A program made the position numbers and the translations under genes. 64,000 bases of DNA from an uncultured virus (IMG/VR IMGVR_UViG_3300048861_000172) (taxonomy: Duplodnaviria; Heunggongvirae; Uroviricota; Caudoviricetes). Under the pieces are notes generated by a model that saw only the letters and a program-made list of their open reading frames with translations, made no database searches and had not been told where the DNA came from. The stretch lies in the IMG/VR virus record IMGVR_UViG_3300048861_000172; one strand, given 5' to 3'. Shown here in pieces: positions 9,706 to 19,405 of this stretch (the stretch's first letter is position 1; every line of letters starts with the position of its first letter).

Positions 9706-10572
9706 TTATCGATTATAGTGAGGATAGGTCACGTTCGCCCCTAAGGCAGGCAAAAACGCACCTTTTCCGTAATGCAGTCCGCCGACAAACTGATCCTCAA
9801 CCGAGTACACCACATAGCGCTTATGCGGTGGGGCTAACTCGTACTCCGGATCGTAGAGTGTGTAGACGTAGTGCGCACACTTGACGCCCTTTTCTTCGTA
9901 GTGGCGTTGGGTGGCGACACAGGCGTCTTCGGTGTCGTCGGTAAGGTCCATGACGCTTTGGACCAGTACGGCAAAATCATCTCGAGGGGCGTGGCCCAAG
10001 CGGGCCCCCAGAATGAAAACCAGAAAAACGAGCTCGAGATAGTCCGCCTGCAACTCCTGCCAGTCCTTGCGCGCCAACGACTGGTTAAGGTTGCGCCACT
10101 TGTAGGCCGCATGATCAGTGGCTTCTTCAATACTGCTCCACTCGAAGCTTTTCTTGCGTGCTTCCAGGTGAGTGCGCTTTTCGCTCTCGGTGACGCCCCG
10201 ATTATGTTGGAAGACCTCCGTAAGGAGTTCCTTGTTAAGTGTGTCGCCATCGTGCGGTTTAAACAGAGCCTTGAAGATGCCCGGGCTCATCGTTTGAAAC
10301 CGATCCGTACTGGACAGAGCGTTCAGCACTTCCATGACGATCAAACCCGTGCGAGGGTCTTGAGCCTGTACGATTACGGTCGTATTGTGGTCTCGCGACA
10401 CATAATGCCCTAGTTTGATCGCCTGCGTCTCGGAAAGCCGCTGGGAGAAAGACTTCGGATCGAAGGCGAGTAGGTTTGGCGGCAGGCCGATGAGTTTCAA
10501 CTCCTCGCGCACCTCCCGCCCCCACTTCTCAATGTACTCGTGTAACTCCAACAGCTTCGCTTGGAATTGCAT
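9706..10572 (-). CDS. Hypothetical protein with a degenerate MazG/PRA-PH-like C-terminal domain
   Basis: 288-aa ORF with RBS; the C-terminal pattern DWQEL..DYLE...LG...V.QS...ATQRHYEEKGV...YSVEDQ...GKG resembles phage MazG-like proteins. Confidence 0.5.
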   Translation of the reverse strand: MQFQAKLLELHEYIEKWGREVREELKLIGLPPNLLAFDPKSFSQRLSETQAIKLGHYVSRDHNTTVIVQAQDPRTGLIVMEVLNALSSTDRFQTMSPGIFKALFKPHDGDTLNKELLTEVFQHNRGVTESEKRTHLEARKKSFEWSSIEEATDHAAYKWRNLNQSLARKDWQELQADYLELVFLVFILGARLGHAPRDDFAVLVQSVMDLTDDTEDACVATQRHYEEKGVKCAHYVYTLYDPEYELAPPHKRYVVYSVEDQFVGGLHYGKGAFLPALGANVTYPHYNR

Positions 10573-10580
10573 ACGAACAC

Positions 10581-11975
10581 CTACGAATAGGGATTGATGA
10601 CACCCGTATCAGCTTGAACCCCGTTACCGACTGGGCGTTTTACGAAAATCACCATACCGGTATCCGTGATATGGCGGCCATTGGTCATCCCCGAACCTGA
10701 CATGCGCACTTTGGAATGCGCGTGCAAGACCGTGCCGTAGATGGTGTTCACATCGTCGCCATCCAAGTACAAGATCTGACACATCACGCCAGGTGTGATG
10801 TAGGATGGGTCACTGTTCTCCCAGGTCATCAGGAGATACGCCCCATCTCGTTGAGCGAGCTTCGAATACTCCTTGTAGGGATTGGCGTGAATCGGGGTGT
10901 CTGACTGCTTCACGTTATTAAGACCATCGGCTCGCGGTGCGCTGATGACTTCCGTGTTGCTGCCCCCACGCCCTGCTAAGGTGATGTTGTCTTGCGTTTT
11001 GGTAAAGCCATCCATCAGCTTACTCGCATCCGCAAAGCGCACCCCGTTGCCTCGGTTCAAGTGGTCTTCGTTACTCTTATCTTTAAACTTGACGTCCCCG
11101 GTGGCCATCAGAATGACGTTATTGCCGTCGATCATGAAGGTGCGCTCGACACTGGGGAATTTGTTCTTCGGTACGTTGACGATCGTGAGGGCCTGACGGG
11201 CGGTGAGAAAGCGCGTCGGATCGTAGAGCGGATACACGTACCAGTGATCGTTTTGCAGGTAGTAACCAAAGCCCGCCGAATACACCCCGCCGCAGCGCTC
11301 GTGGATATACGACGGCACATCGATCAACGGCGTGCCCTGTGGGATCTCGATGTGGTCGCGCACGGTGGTGTTGTTGGCCGGCACCATCTCCACGCCTTTG
11401 TTCTGGCGGGATTGGTCGATCACAAGCTTTTGCGACTCGACGGTCATAATCGCCCGTAGAGCTTTTTCCGTCGTGCACTGACGAAATACCCCACCAAAGC
11501 TCATCATCCGCAACTGCTGGATGGACTTATTGAGCAACTCCACCTGCACGGTAAAGAGCTCGGTGAGGTTCAATGCCTGCTCATCCGCATTGTTCGGTGC
11601 ATCGCTGGTAATCCCGGGGCTGCCCGGCACGTCATGCAGCACACAGGCATAGCGCTCGGACTGCACCGCTTGGCTCGTATCGGCACTGTTACCCGACTCC
11701 AAGAGCGGTAGCTTAAAGAGCGTACACTCCAGGTTATCCATGTACGGATAGATGCGGCTGTAGAAGGTGCCCAGCGGAAAGGTGAGCGTGGCTTGCACCT
11801 CATCGCCGTACTGATGCTCGTAGTCACGCCGGATGTCGAGGTCAGTTAACTTGAGCGCATCGTAGGTCTTGCCATTGGCATGAATCTGTGCGACCCAGTG
11901 GTAGTGCACCTCCTTCGCCCCAGAGCGAGTAATCGCCTGAATCTGGCGATACAACGAGGACTGTTCTATTTCCAT
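10581..11975 (-). CDS. Virion protein, putative baseplate hub (phiKZ gp101-like)
   Basis: 464 aa; last gene of the conserved gp98-101-like block (synteny, size). Confidence 0.6.
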   Translation of the reverse strand: MEIEQSSLYRQIQAITRSGAKEVHYHWVAQIHANGKTYDALKLTDLDIRRDYEHQYGDEVQATLTFPLGTFYSRIYPYMDNLECTLFKLPLLESGNSADTSQAVQSERYACVLHDVPGSPGITSDAPNNADEQALNLTELFTVQVELLNKSIQQLRMMSFGGVFRQCTTEKALRAIMTVESQKLVIDQSRQNKGVEMVPANNTTVRDHIEIPQGTPLIDVPSYIHERCGGVYSAGFGYYLQNDHWYVYPLYDPTRFLTARQALTIVNVPKNKFPSVERTFMIDGNNVILMATGDVKFKDKSNEDHLNRGNGVRFADASKLMDGFTKTQDNITLAGRGGSNTEVISAPRADGLNNVKQSDTPIHANPYKEYSKLAQRDGAYLLMTWENSDPSYITPGVMCQILYLDGDDVNTIYGTVLHAHSKVRMSGSGMTNGRHITDTGMVIFVKRPVGNGVQADTGVINPYS

Positions 11976-12586
11976 GACGGCATCCCTTCCTTACGACGCG
12001 AGGCAAAGAGCGACGAGAGCGTGGGTTTTTTGGCAGCCCGGATCTGGTTCTCGATGTCTTGCGTGGTGGTGCGGTTTTCTTCCTCGGCTTGAGCCGCTTC
12101 TTTTTCCATGTTGCTCACCAGCGCTGGCAGCGGCATCGAGCCCATCAGCTGACGCGCAATCGGCGACTCGATAAAGTGCTCACGGTAGTGGCTCTTCGCG
12201 TGGCTATAGACGATGCCGGCGAACTCATCTAACTTCTTTAAGTCCTCCAGCGGCACGTCACCTAAGTTCAAACTCTTGGCCATGTGCTCATGCCACATCT
12301 TTAAGTGATCCCGAATGTACTCGTAGATCACCCGCGTGTCGCCGTTTTTCACCACCCCAACGGTCACCCCAGCACGCCAGTACTCAAACATCTCATCGAT
12401 GGTGAGGTAGTAGACATTCACCTCATTCATCATGGTGCGGTCAAACTCCGCATCCCCGGAAGCCGGCATCCCGAACATGCGGATGTGTTCCTTGCTGCGG
12501 CGATCAATCGATCGCATCCGGCACATGAACTTCGTATTGAAAATGTACCAAGCCGGGGTGCGCTTATCTTCCGGGACGTACGGCAT
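11966..12586 (-). CDS. Conserved hypothetical protein (gp100-like)
   Basis: 206 aa; GGAG RBS; overlaps the downstream gene; synteny. Confidence 0.6.
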   Translation of the reverse strand: MPYVPEDKRTPAWYIFNTKFMCRMRSIDRRSKEHIRMFGMPASGDAEFDRTMMNEVNVYYLTIDEMFEYWRAGVTVGVVKNGDTRVIYEYIRDHLKMWHEHMAKSLNLGDVPLEDLKKLDEFAGIVYSHAKSHYREHFIESPIARQLMGSMPLPALVSNMEKEAAQAEEENRTTTQDIENQIRAAKKPTLSSLFASRRKEGMPSWK

Positions 12587-12597
12587 CGTTAATACTC

Positions 12598-13956
12598 CTA
12601 CAGTGAACGAATGCTGGCTTTAATCAGACACAGCACAAACGGCGTGTAGTAGAAGCGCTCCAGCGCCCCCCAGGTCTGATAGGCATTGCAGAAGGCCAGC
12701 AATAATTGGTTATTGAGTCCCTTACGGTCCAGGTAATCCCCGACCGCGAGTTCGAGTTTCGACTGATTCGGCCCTCTCGCGTAAAACTGCTCGCTAAAGA
12801 TGTAGTAATCGTCGACGGTGACCCGATGGATGAGCGGCGCGTCGTCATACGGCAGGCCTTTCATCAGGGGGACTTCGATCATGTCACGCAGCCGCCCATC
12901 GGGCGACGGCACGCTGCTTAAGTCGAGATCGACAAACGGCAGCCATTTGTTTTTGAGCTGGTCATCCCAGCTCTGGCGGGAGTTACGCGGGTACACCACT
13001 TGCTTGACACCCGAGTAATACACGCCATTCAACATCGGGTTGCTATTGAACACCCGGATGCTGGTGATGCCCATGCGTTCGTTTAAGCTGCGGCGCATGC
13101 GCGGATTGCGTTTGAGCACCATATCCCAAACGGTGGGCACGAGCATATTGTCGTCGCCATCACAGTTAAGCAGGTGCGTGCGCCGCAGGTCCGGCACATC
13201 CCAGGTAGTGAAGAGTTCCATCACTGCCTTGGCATGGAAGTGGTCGTAGGTCGCAATCCCTTGACCGGGCACGAGCAATGTCCAGAATTCTCGGGAAGTG
13301 AACTCCCGGAACCAGTCGGTGGCAATCTCGTAATACCAGCCTGCCAAGTCACCGACTACCGCATACTCTTCTTCTTGCAGAATCGGGTTTTGCCCGTACT
13401 CCAAGAAGTCGCGCTTAAAGACGTAGGTCTCAATGGTCTTTAAGGCCAAGTCCTGTCGACGCTCTTCGGTGGAGAAGTCGGTCGACTCGTAGGTGATCTC
13501 GTAGCACGGGTCTTTGAAGATCGACATGCGCTTGGAGCTACCGACGGTGAACACCCCTTCTTGTCCGTCGCCGATGTCCGCGAGAAACACGTCCCCCATA
13601 TTCGGGATCAGAAACGGATAGACCGTGGCCGTGCCCGAGAGCTTCACCTTCTTGGTCGTCTCATCCTGCTCGTAGGAGAGCGGCTGAGTGACCTTCAACT
13701 CCATCTGCTTGATGAGTCGATACGGTTGCAGGATCGGGTTACGCCCCGGCACTTGTCCTTGCAAGTCGTTATCGTCGTCGACCACCTGGCTGTAGTAATT
13801 CACCGACCAGGAACTGCCTGCCACGTGGGTGAGCAAATCACTCACCGGCGTATAGCGGGTGTCCACCGTGACGCCACGGTACTCGGGAGCGGTCGCTTGA
13901 ATCGGGTGCGGCTGCTCGATGGGCTTGACTTCAGGCCCCGGATTGACGAGTGGCAT
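12598..13956 (-). CDS. Virion structural protein (gp99-like)
   Basis: 452 aa; LLTHVAGSSWSVNYYSQ and IPNMGDVFLADIGDG motifs; synteny. Confidence 0.65.
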   Translation of the reverse strand: MPLVNPGPEVKPIEQPHPIQATAPEYRGVTVDTRYTPVSDLLTHVAGSSWSVNYYSQVVDDDNDLQGQVPGRNPILQPYRLIKQMELKVTQPLSYEQDETTKKVKLSGTATVYPFLIPNMGDVFLADIGDGQEGVFTVGSSKRMSIFKDPCYEITYESTDFSTEERRQDLALKTIETYVFKRDFLEYGQNPILQEEEYAVVGDLAGWYYEIATDWFREFTSREFWTLLVPGQGIATYDHFHAKAVMELFTTWDVPDLRRTHLLNCDGDDNMLVPTVWDMVLKRNPRMRRSLNERMGITSIRVFNSNPMLNGVYYSGVKQVVYPRNSRQSWDDQLKNKWLPFVDLDLSSVPSPDGRLRDMIEVPLMKGLPYDDAPLIHRVTVDDYYIFSEQFYARGPNQSKLELAVGDYLDRKGLNNQLLLAFCNAYQTWGALERFYYTPFVLCLIKASIRSL

Positions 13957-15510
13957 TTAATTCCCCTTGATACGGTAGGACTGGATGCTTTGGGTTTGCA
14001 CCGTCTTCATCGGTCCGTATTGCTGTTGGTTACCCTTGCCGATCACACCGCTATTGATGTCATCGATCGTGTTGTCTAAGTCCTTATTGCCGAGCCAGTT
14101 GCCCGGCATGCACACCGGCAGCTTGCCCTGGTACTTCAGCGTCGGATCAATCGCATCCAGGATCTTGAGCGCGGCGGAACAATGCGGTTGCAAGCGCTTG
14201 GTGCCCTTGCCCCTTACCAGACGCAAGTCATCCACCAGGGACACCCGGATATGGTAGTACTGGCGCAGATCGAGCTCATTGATGGCCCAGACGTTGAGGT
14301 CCGCATCGATCGTGATCGCATTGTCCTTACGGCGCCGCCCTTCATAGAGCGAGACCTGAAACACCGAACCGTAGAGCTGAGTCATCCACGGGGCTTCGCC
14401 CTTCATGAATTCCAGTACATCCGGATCGAAGTTATAGTCGCCCAGCTCTTTAAGATTCAAGAGCAGCTTCGGTTGATTCGGATCGATGTTAATCAGCATC
14501 GTGATCACGCGGCTGGTATCCGGCAGCACGCTACCATTTAACGGCACGAACTCATCGAAGTCCGGCAACTGCAAGCCTTCTCGGAGAGCCAGCTTATTCA
14601 ACGGGATCGAGGTCTCGAACAAAGCAAAAGCCCGTGCCGACCAGGTATACTCGCGCAACTGATGCTCGATCTCATACGGACGGTCACCAGGGCCCGGCCG
14701 ATATTTCTGGCCGATCAGCTGGTTATGGAACATCAGCGGATAGCTCATCACCAAGCCCACCGGGCGCTGGTAATCGAACTTATACGCAAACTGAATGGTC
14801 CAGGTCTCGCCTTCTTCCTTACTGCCCTGCTCCGGCACCGCATCCCAGTCAAAGAGCGCCTGAATGCGCATCTGGGTTTGCGAATACATCCAGCTGGTGT
14901 TCTTGCCCGCCAAGTCACTCGCCACCGAACACTTGGTGGACGCATGCTTCATGAAGTACTCGTCCCAGGTGTCGCCATAACCAGCCACATTTTCCCGCAG
15001 CCGGTGGATCTCTTTGAGAATCGTGAGAATGGTTGGGTTGATCCAGAAGTAGTACGAGGCTTCGTGCAGTCGCACATCCCGGTTCATCGACACGCGCATA
15101 CGCATCTCATCGCGCCACTTAATCGCTTCGACCCGCGACGACGCCCGGTACTTCACATTGATCGACACGCTGCTCGTCGAGTAGGTGGGGCGTACATCCA
15201 CTTCCAAGGCCCGGTCTAAGAACACCGGCAAGTTCTCCGGCTGGTAGACTGCGGTGGCGCTGAGCATCTCTTTGTTGTACTGCTCATCGACTTCCAGAAA
15301 GATCTGGTCATCGAACATCATCTTTAAGTGGCGGGACTTACTGTTGATGGTCGAGCCGGCTTGCGGCACCACGGCACCACTGGTGGGGAAGATGATGTTG
15401 TGCTCAAGCGGCAGACCCGTTTCCTTGAGCATCTGGCGCACGACATCATACACAACCGGTCGGCTCACGGTTTCATCCGTGTCACCAATCATGTCAAGAA
15501 AAATCGGCAT
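13957..15510 (-). CDS. Virion structural protein (gp98-like)
   Basis: 517 aa; abuts the gp99-like gene; synteny. Confidence 0.65.
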   Translation of the reverse strand: MPIFLDMIGDTDETVSRPVVYDVVRQMLKETGLPLEHNIIFPTSGAVVPQAGSTINSKSRHLKMMFDDQIFLEVDEQYNKEMLSATAVYQPENLPVFLDRALEVDVRPTYSTSSVSINVKYRASSRVEAIKWRDEMRMRVSMNRDVRLHEASYYFWINPTILTILKEIHRLRENVAGYGDTWDEYFMKHASTKCSVASDLAGKNTSWMYSQTQMRIQALFDWDAVPEQGSKEEGETWTIQFAYKFDYQRPVGLVMSYPLMFHNQLIGQKYRPGPGDRPYEIEHQLREYTWSARAFALFETSIPLNKLALREGLQLPDFDEFVPLNGSVLPDTSRVITMLINIDPNQPKLLLNLKELGDYNFDPDVLEFMKGEAPWMTQLYGSVFQVSLYEGRRRKDNAITIDADLNVWAINELDLRQYYHIRVSLVDDLRLVRGKGTKRLQPHCSAALKILDAIDPTLKYQGKLPVCMPGNWLGNKDLDNTIDDINSGVIGKGNQQQYGPMKTVQTQSIQSYRIKGN

Positions 15511-15598
15511 AACAAGCTCGCTTTAATTAGAGGGCATTCACATAAAATCACCACATCCTGTGCAGTACGCTGTTTCCATAACCAGAAAGGAGGTCACT

Positions 15599-15757
15599 AT
15601 GACCATTGGTACAATCCTCTTGATCGTGCTGATCTTATTGCTGATCGGTGCAGTGCCTGCGTGGCCGTATAGCCGAGGCTGGGGTTACGGTCCCGGAGGT
15701 GTGTTGGGAGTGGTGTTAATCATCGTCATTGTCTTGCTTGTCATGGGTAAACTATAG
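15599..15757 (+). CDS. DUF3309-family small membrane protein (host-like)
   Basis: MTIGTILLIVLILLLIGAVPAWPYSRGWGYGPGGVLGVVLIIVIVLLVMGKL has the GxxPxWPxSRxWGYxPxG signature; perfect AAGGAGGT RBS. Confidence 0.85.
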   Translation: MTIGTILLIVLILLLIGAVPAWPYSRGWGYGPGGVLGVVLIIVIVLLVMGKL

Positions 15758-15762
15758 CGCTG

Positions 15763-15797
15763 CACTGCCCCGCCTTCGGGCGGGGCACTATGCCCGC
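15763..15797 (+). terminator. Hairpin (UUCG loop) + CTATGCCCG after the DUF3309 gene
   Basis: TGCCCCGCC TTCG GGCGGGGCA followed by CTATGCCCGC. Confidence 0.75.
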
Positions 15798-15801
15798 CAT
15801 A

Positions 15802-15840
15802 GACGGCATAAAACCCCCAGGGTTGCCCCCGGGGGTTTCA
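15802..15840 (-). terminator. Hairpin + TTTATGCCGTC after internal head protein genes
   Basis: AAACCCCC...GGGGGTTT stem; the minus strand continues TATGCCGTC. Confidence 0.7.
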
Positions 15841-15881
15841 TGGATACTACGCCTTCGCCTTCGATGCGAAAGGGTACGAGC

Positions 15882-17198
15882 TTACTCGTACTGACCCATC
15901 GAGCGGTCGACCACAACCATGGCCGTACGCACGACTTGCAGCGCGTTCTTCGTGAACGGCAGCAGCGGTTGCTGAATCCAGCGTGCGTAGGACACGTTGA
16001 AGTTCAGCAGCGCGCGGTAGTACGAAGCAGCCGCAGCTTCCGAGGCTTCGTTCTTGTCGAGCTTCGAAGCAGCGCTTTCCGCCTTCTTCGAGGCCGCTTC
16101 GAGCTTGGCGCGCTCGTCCTTCACTTCGCGATGGCCCTTGCCGCGCTGGAACTCTTCCATCGCGTCGAGCAGCTTCTCGCAGTGCTGGAGCGTGCGGATC
16201 GCGTCGGTCGTCGACATCGTGGCGAATTCGATCGTCGCGGGCAGGGCTTTCGCCTTTTCTTGCGACGGTGCGAGTTCCACGCCAGCGGCGCGAGCGATTT
16301 CCAGCGAGCCGAGCGTGCCGGCCTTGGTCGAGTCCTTCGGGCTGCGCGCGAAGAGGCTCACGCCGCCGAGCAGGTCGTGACCGGCCTTCACGTTGTAACG
16401 CGGCCAGCGCGAACCACCTGCACCCGATGCACCCGGGATACGCAGGTTGAACTTCTGGAGCTTCGGTGCGAGCGCGTCCGCCGCTTCAGCCGGCTTGGTC
16501 GGATCGAACTCTTCGAGGGCCTTGATGATGTCGCCGCCGATGTCCTTCAGGTCCTTCAGGTAACCACCGTACAGGTAGTCAGCCGTACCTTGCAGCTTGC
16601 CGAGGCTTTCGTTCAGGCCCGAGGCGTCCTTCACTTGCGTGGCGCCGTGCGTGAGGTACTTGACGCTGGAGACGTTGAACTTCTTCTCCTTGATCGTCTT
16701 GCGGTTGGCGTTCTCGACCTTCTCTTCGAGGGCCTTGATCGTCTTGCGCATGCGCGGGATCGTGCCGAAGATCTTGTAGAAGAAGCCTTCGATCTTTTCC
16801 CAGATCTGCTTCAGGAAGCGCAGGATCGCTTCCCAGATCTGACGTGCCTTCTCACGGAAACCTTCCGTGGAGATTTGGCGGCCGACGAAACCTTCCATCG
16901 ACGGCACGATTTCTTCCGGCTCGATGTCGGTGCCGGCGACGGCCATCTGGCCTGCCGTTTCGACGATCATTGCTTCGCGCTCGGTGAGCGGCTCTTCGCC
17001 GGACACGGCAACTGCCATGTCTTCGAGGGCGTCGGAGACTTCGATGATGCGTTCAGCTTCGGACAATTCCTTGTCCGCGCCTTCGGCGTCGGAGCCTGCG
17101 TCTTCGATCAGGATGGCTTCTTCTTCCATCGAGATGTTTTCGTTGCCCAGGCTTTCACCGTGGAAAGACTCCAGGCCCGTGTTCAAAAATCGGCGCAT
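15882..17198 (-). CDS. Internal head / inner-body paralog (phiKZ gp93-95 family)
   Basis: Acidic propeptide with GLE/SME/STE protease-type sites followed by the amphipathic helix IWEAILRFLKQIWEKIEGFFYKIFG; highly biased codons. Confidence 0.75.
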   Translation of the reverse strand: MRRFLNTGLESFHGESLGNENISMEEEAILIEDAGSDAEGADKELSEAERIIEVSDALEDMAVAVSGEEPLTEREAMIVETAGQMAVAGTDIEPEEIVPSMEGFVGRQISTEGFREKARQIWEAILRFLKQIWEKIEGFFYKIFGTIPRMRKTIKALEEKVENANRKTIKEKKFNVSSVKYLTHGATQVKDASGLNESLGKLQGTADYLYGGYLKDLKDIGGDIIKALEEFDPTKPAEAADALAPKLQKFNLRIPGASGAGGSRWPRYNVKAGHDLLGGVSLFARSPKDSTKAGTLGSLEIARAAGVELAPSQEKAKALPATIEFATMSTTDAIRTLQHCEKLLDAMEEFQRGKGHREVKDERAKLEAASKKAESAASKLDKNEASEAAAASYYRALLNFNVSYARWIQQPLLPFTKNALQVVRTAMVVVDRSMGQYE

Positions 17199-17294
17199 GA
17201 TGCACTGTACCTTTTTTCAGGATGATGGATGATAGGCCGCCGGGGATTTGCCCCGGCGCCGTCCTACCGATGTTGTTGAAGCGCGAGCGCCGAC

Positions 17295-18623
17295 TTAGGC
17301 AGCAGCGTATTCGCCGAGCGACTTCTCGACGTAGTCGAGCAGCGCCTTTGCCGTGTTGAGCGTGTACTTCGCGAACGACGCTTGCGGCTGGGTCATCAGG
17401 CGGTTCGCAGCGTTGGCCACGCTGGTCATCGCGTTGAGTTCCTTGCGCTTCGCTTCGTCTTCTTCGTTGCCTGCGCCGTTGGCAGCCTTCTTGGCAGCAG
17501 CGACCAGCTTCGATTGCGCAGCACCGATCTTCTCTTGAGCCTTGCGCAGGTTCAGGAGTTCGCCAGCGATGGCTTCGACCACGCCAGCGGCGTTTTCGCA
17601 GTCGCTGACCGACAGCGTCGGCACGCCGAAGTTCGTCGGCTCTTTGACCGAGCTCGAGTACTTCGAGACCAGGAACGTCGAGGCCGCGAGTTGCTTCACT
17701 TGCGTGGCCAGGTCGTCGGATTCGCCAGCCGGCACGCGCGAGATGATCGCTTGACCGCCGAAGAGCTGCTTCGTGCGATACAGTTCCAGACCAGCCGGCG
17801 GGTTCGGCAGGCCAGCGACTTCACCGTTGGCGAGCTTTTCCGAGCCGTCGATCGGATCGACCAGCTTCAGCAGCGCCGGGATCTGTGCGGCGTTCAGGCC
17901 GTCGATGGCTTCAGCAGCCTTCTCGCCGACTTCGCCAGCCTTCGCAGCGGTCTTGCCGACCACCGCAGCCAGCACGCTTTGCAGGTGCTTCGCTTCCGAG
18001 ACGACGTTGGGCATCGTGCCCTGGATCATCAGCGCCTTGGCAACGCGCTCGTTTTCGATCTTCTTGTTTTTGGCCGTACCCGAGGTGTTCTTCGCACGGT
18101 CAGCCAGTGCCTTCGCACGCTTTTCCAGCTTTTCAGCTGCACCGAACACCTTGTTGTAGTAGCCCTTCACCCAGGCGATCGCCTTCGTGATCGCGTCGAC
18201 GATGGCCTTCCAGATCTGCTTGATACGATCCGAGACAGCTTCCATCGCGATTTGCGTTGCACGCTCGCGGCTCGACAGGTTGCCGAACGATTCCAGACCC
18301 GGCTGCTCGACGTCCGTACCCAGACGGCGGTCGAAGTGCTCCAGCGCCAGGTTCAGCATCAGCGCGCCATTGCGGTCGAGGCCGCCTTGACCAGCGATGC
18401 CTTCCAGTGCCACGCGGAACGACTCGAGCGCTTCAGCGGTTTCTTCCGCTTCGTCGATCTGCGCTTCGCTTTCCGCGCCTTCTTCATGCGCGTCGTTCAC
18501 TTCTGCGATTTCCGACTCGAGGTTGTCGGCGCCAGCGCCGGCTTCTTCCTTCACTTCGGGTTCGAGATTTTCGTTCTCGTTTTCCATGGCCGGTACGAAC
18601 CGGAATCCACCCAATCGACGCAT
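17295..18623 (-). CDS. Internal head / inner-body paralog (phiKZ gp93-95 family)
   Basis: AME/ALE/GLE sites, helix IWKAIVDAITKAIAWVKGYYNKVFG; paralog of 15882..17198. Confidence 0.75.
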   Translation of the reverse strand: MRRLGGFRFVPAMENENENLEPEVKEEAGAGADNLESEIAEVNDAHEEGAESEAQIDEAEETAEALESFRVALEGIAGQGGLDRNGALMLNLALEHFDRRLGTDVEQPGLESFGNLSSRERATQIAMEAVSDRIKQIWKAIVDAITKAIAWVKGYYNKVFGAAEKLEKRAKALADRAKNTSGTAKNKKIENERVAKALMIQGTMPNVVSEAKHLQSVLAAVVGKTAAKAGEVGEKAAEAIDGLNAAQIPALLKLVDPIDGSEKLANGEVAGLPNPPAGLELYRTKQLFGGQAIISRVPAGESDDLATQVKQLAASTFLVSKYSSSVKEPTNFGVPTLSVSDCENAAGVVEAIAGELLNLRKAQEKIGAAQSKLVAAAKKAANGAGNEEDEAKRKELNAMTSVANAANRLMTQPQASFAKYTLNTAKALLDYVEKSLGEYAAA

Positions 18624-18793
18624 TTGAAACTCCTATTGCAATAGGTAAAAGTTGGTAAATCCAGTAGTCTGCGCGCGCGTACTACTTTCGATGACCTTCT
18701 CGAGATCCTTGTCCAGTCACTATAGTATTTTAATTTGCCTCTCTAAGCCTGTCGGGCTTAAAGGAGGAAAGCAAAATCCCTATTGAGGTCGGC

Positions 18794-19405
18794 TTAGTAA
18801 TTCCCGAAAAGGACATGAAGCGTGCTCAGCAAATCCTCAAACCCAGTCGGCTGAGAGCACCATTTCTGGATAACCTCATCGAGGCGCCGGTATTGCGGAC
18901 TGCGCCATTGCTCTTCAGGGGTCTTGATCCCGAAGAAAGCCTTGGCGGCCGAGCTTAACTCCTCGGAGCGTTCGCCCGAGTCGTCAGTTGTAAGAAGCGC
19001 CTGCCAGTTTTCCAGACACATCTTGCGCTGGCCGGTCTGGATGTAATGCAGCGTGTCTTCCATAAAGTCACGATGCAAATCCCCAAACGCGGGAGAACCC
19101 GCTTGCGCGGTATACCAGTAAAAGAAGTTGTCCGTGCCGAATGCATCGAGCGCTGCATTCAAGACCTGCTTCCGAAACTCGAAAGCAGTGGTGGCGGGGG
19201 CGCGGTTGATCCAGCGACCATACAATGCTTCCACGGTCGGGTTCGCGTCCACCGAGTTCATCTGCTGGGTGACGAGCTTAACCGACACAGGTAAGCCAGA
19301 GTATTGGGAATCACCGAGGCGTCGCTTGGTCGAAAAGCGTGCCTCGAGCGGCTTGCCTAGAAAGCCGCGCGGATACAGCTTCAGCGGCGCGGCGTTGTTA
19401 AGCAT
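18794..19405 (-). CDS. Head-associated protein (gp91-like)
   Basis: 203 aa; LYPRGF motif; synteny. Confidence 0.55.
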   Translation of the reverse strand: MLNNAAPLKLYPRGFLGKPLEARFSTKRRLGDSQYSGLPVSVKLVTQQMNSVDANPTVEALYGRWINRAPATTAFEFRKQVLNAALDAFGTDNFFYWYTAQAGSPAFGDLHRDFMEDTLHYIQTGQRKMCLENWQALLTTDDSGERSEELSSAAKAFFGIKTPEEQWRSPQYRRLDEVIQKWCSQPTGFEDLLSTLHVLFGNY

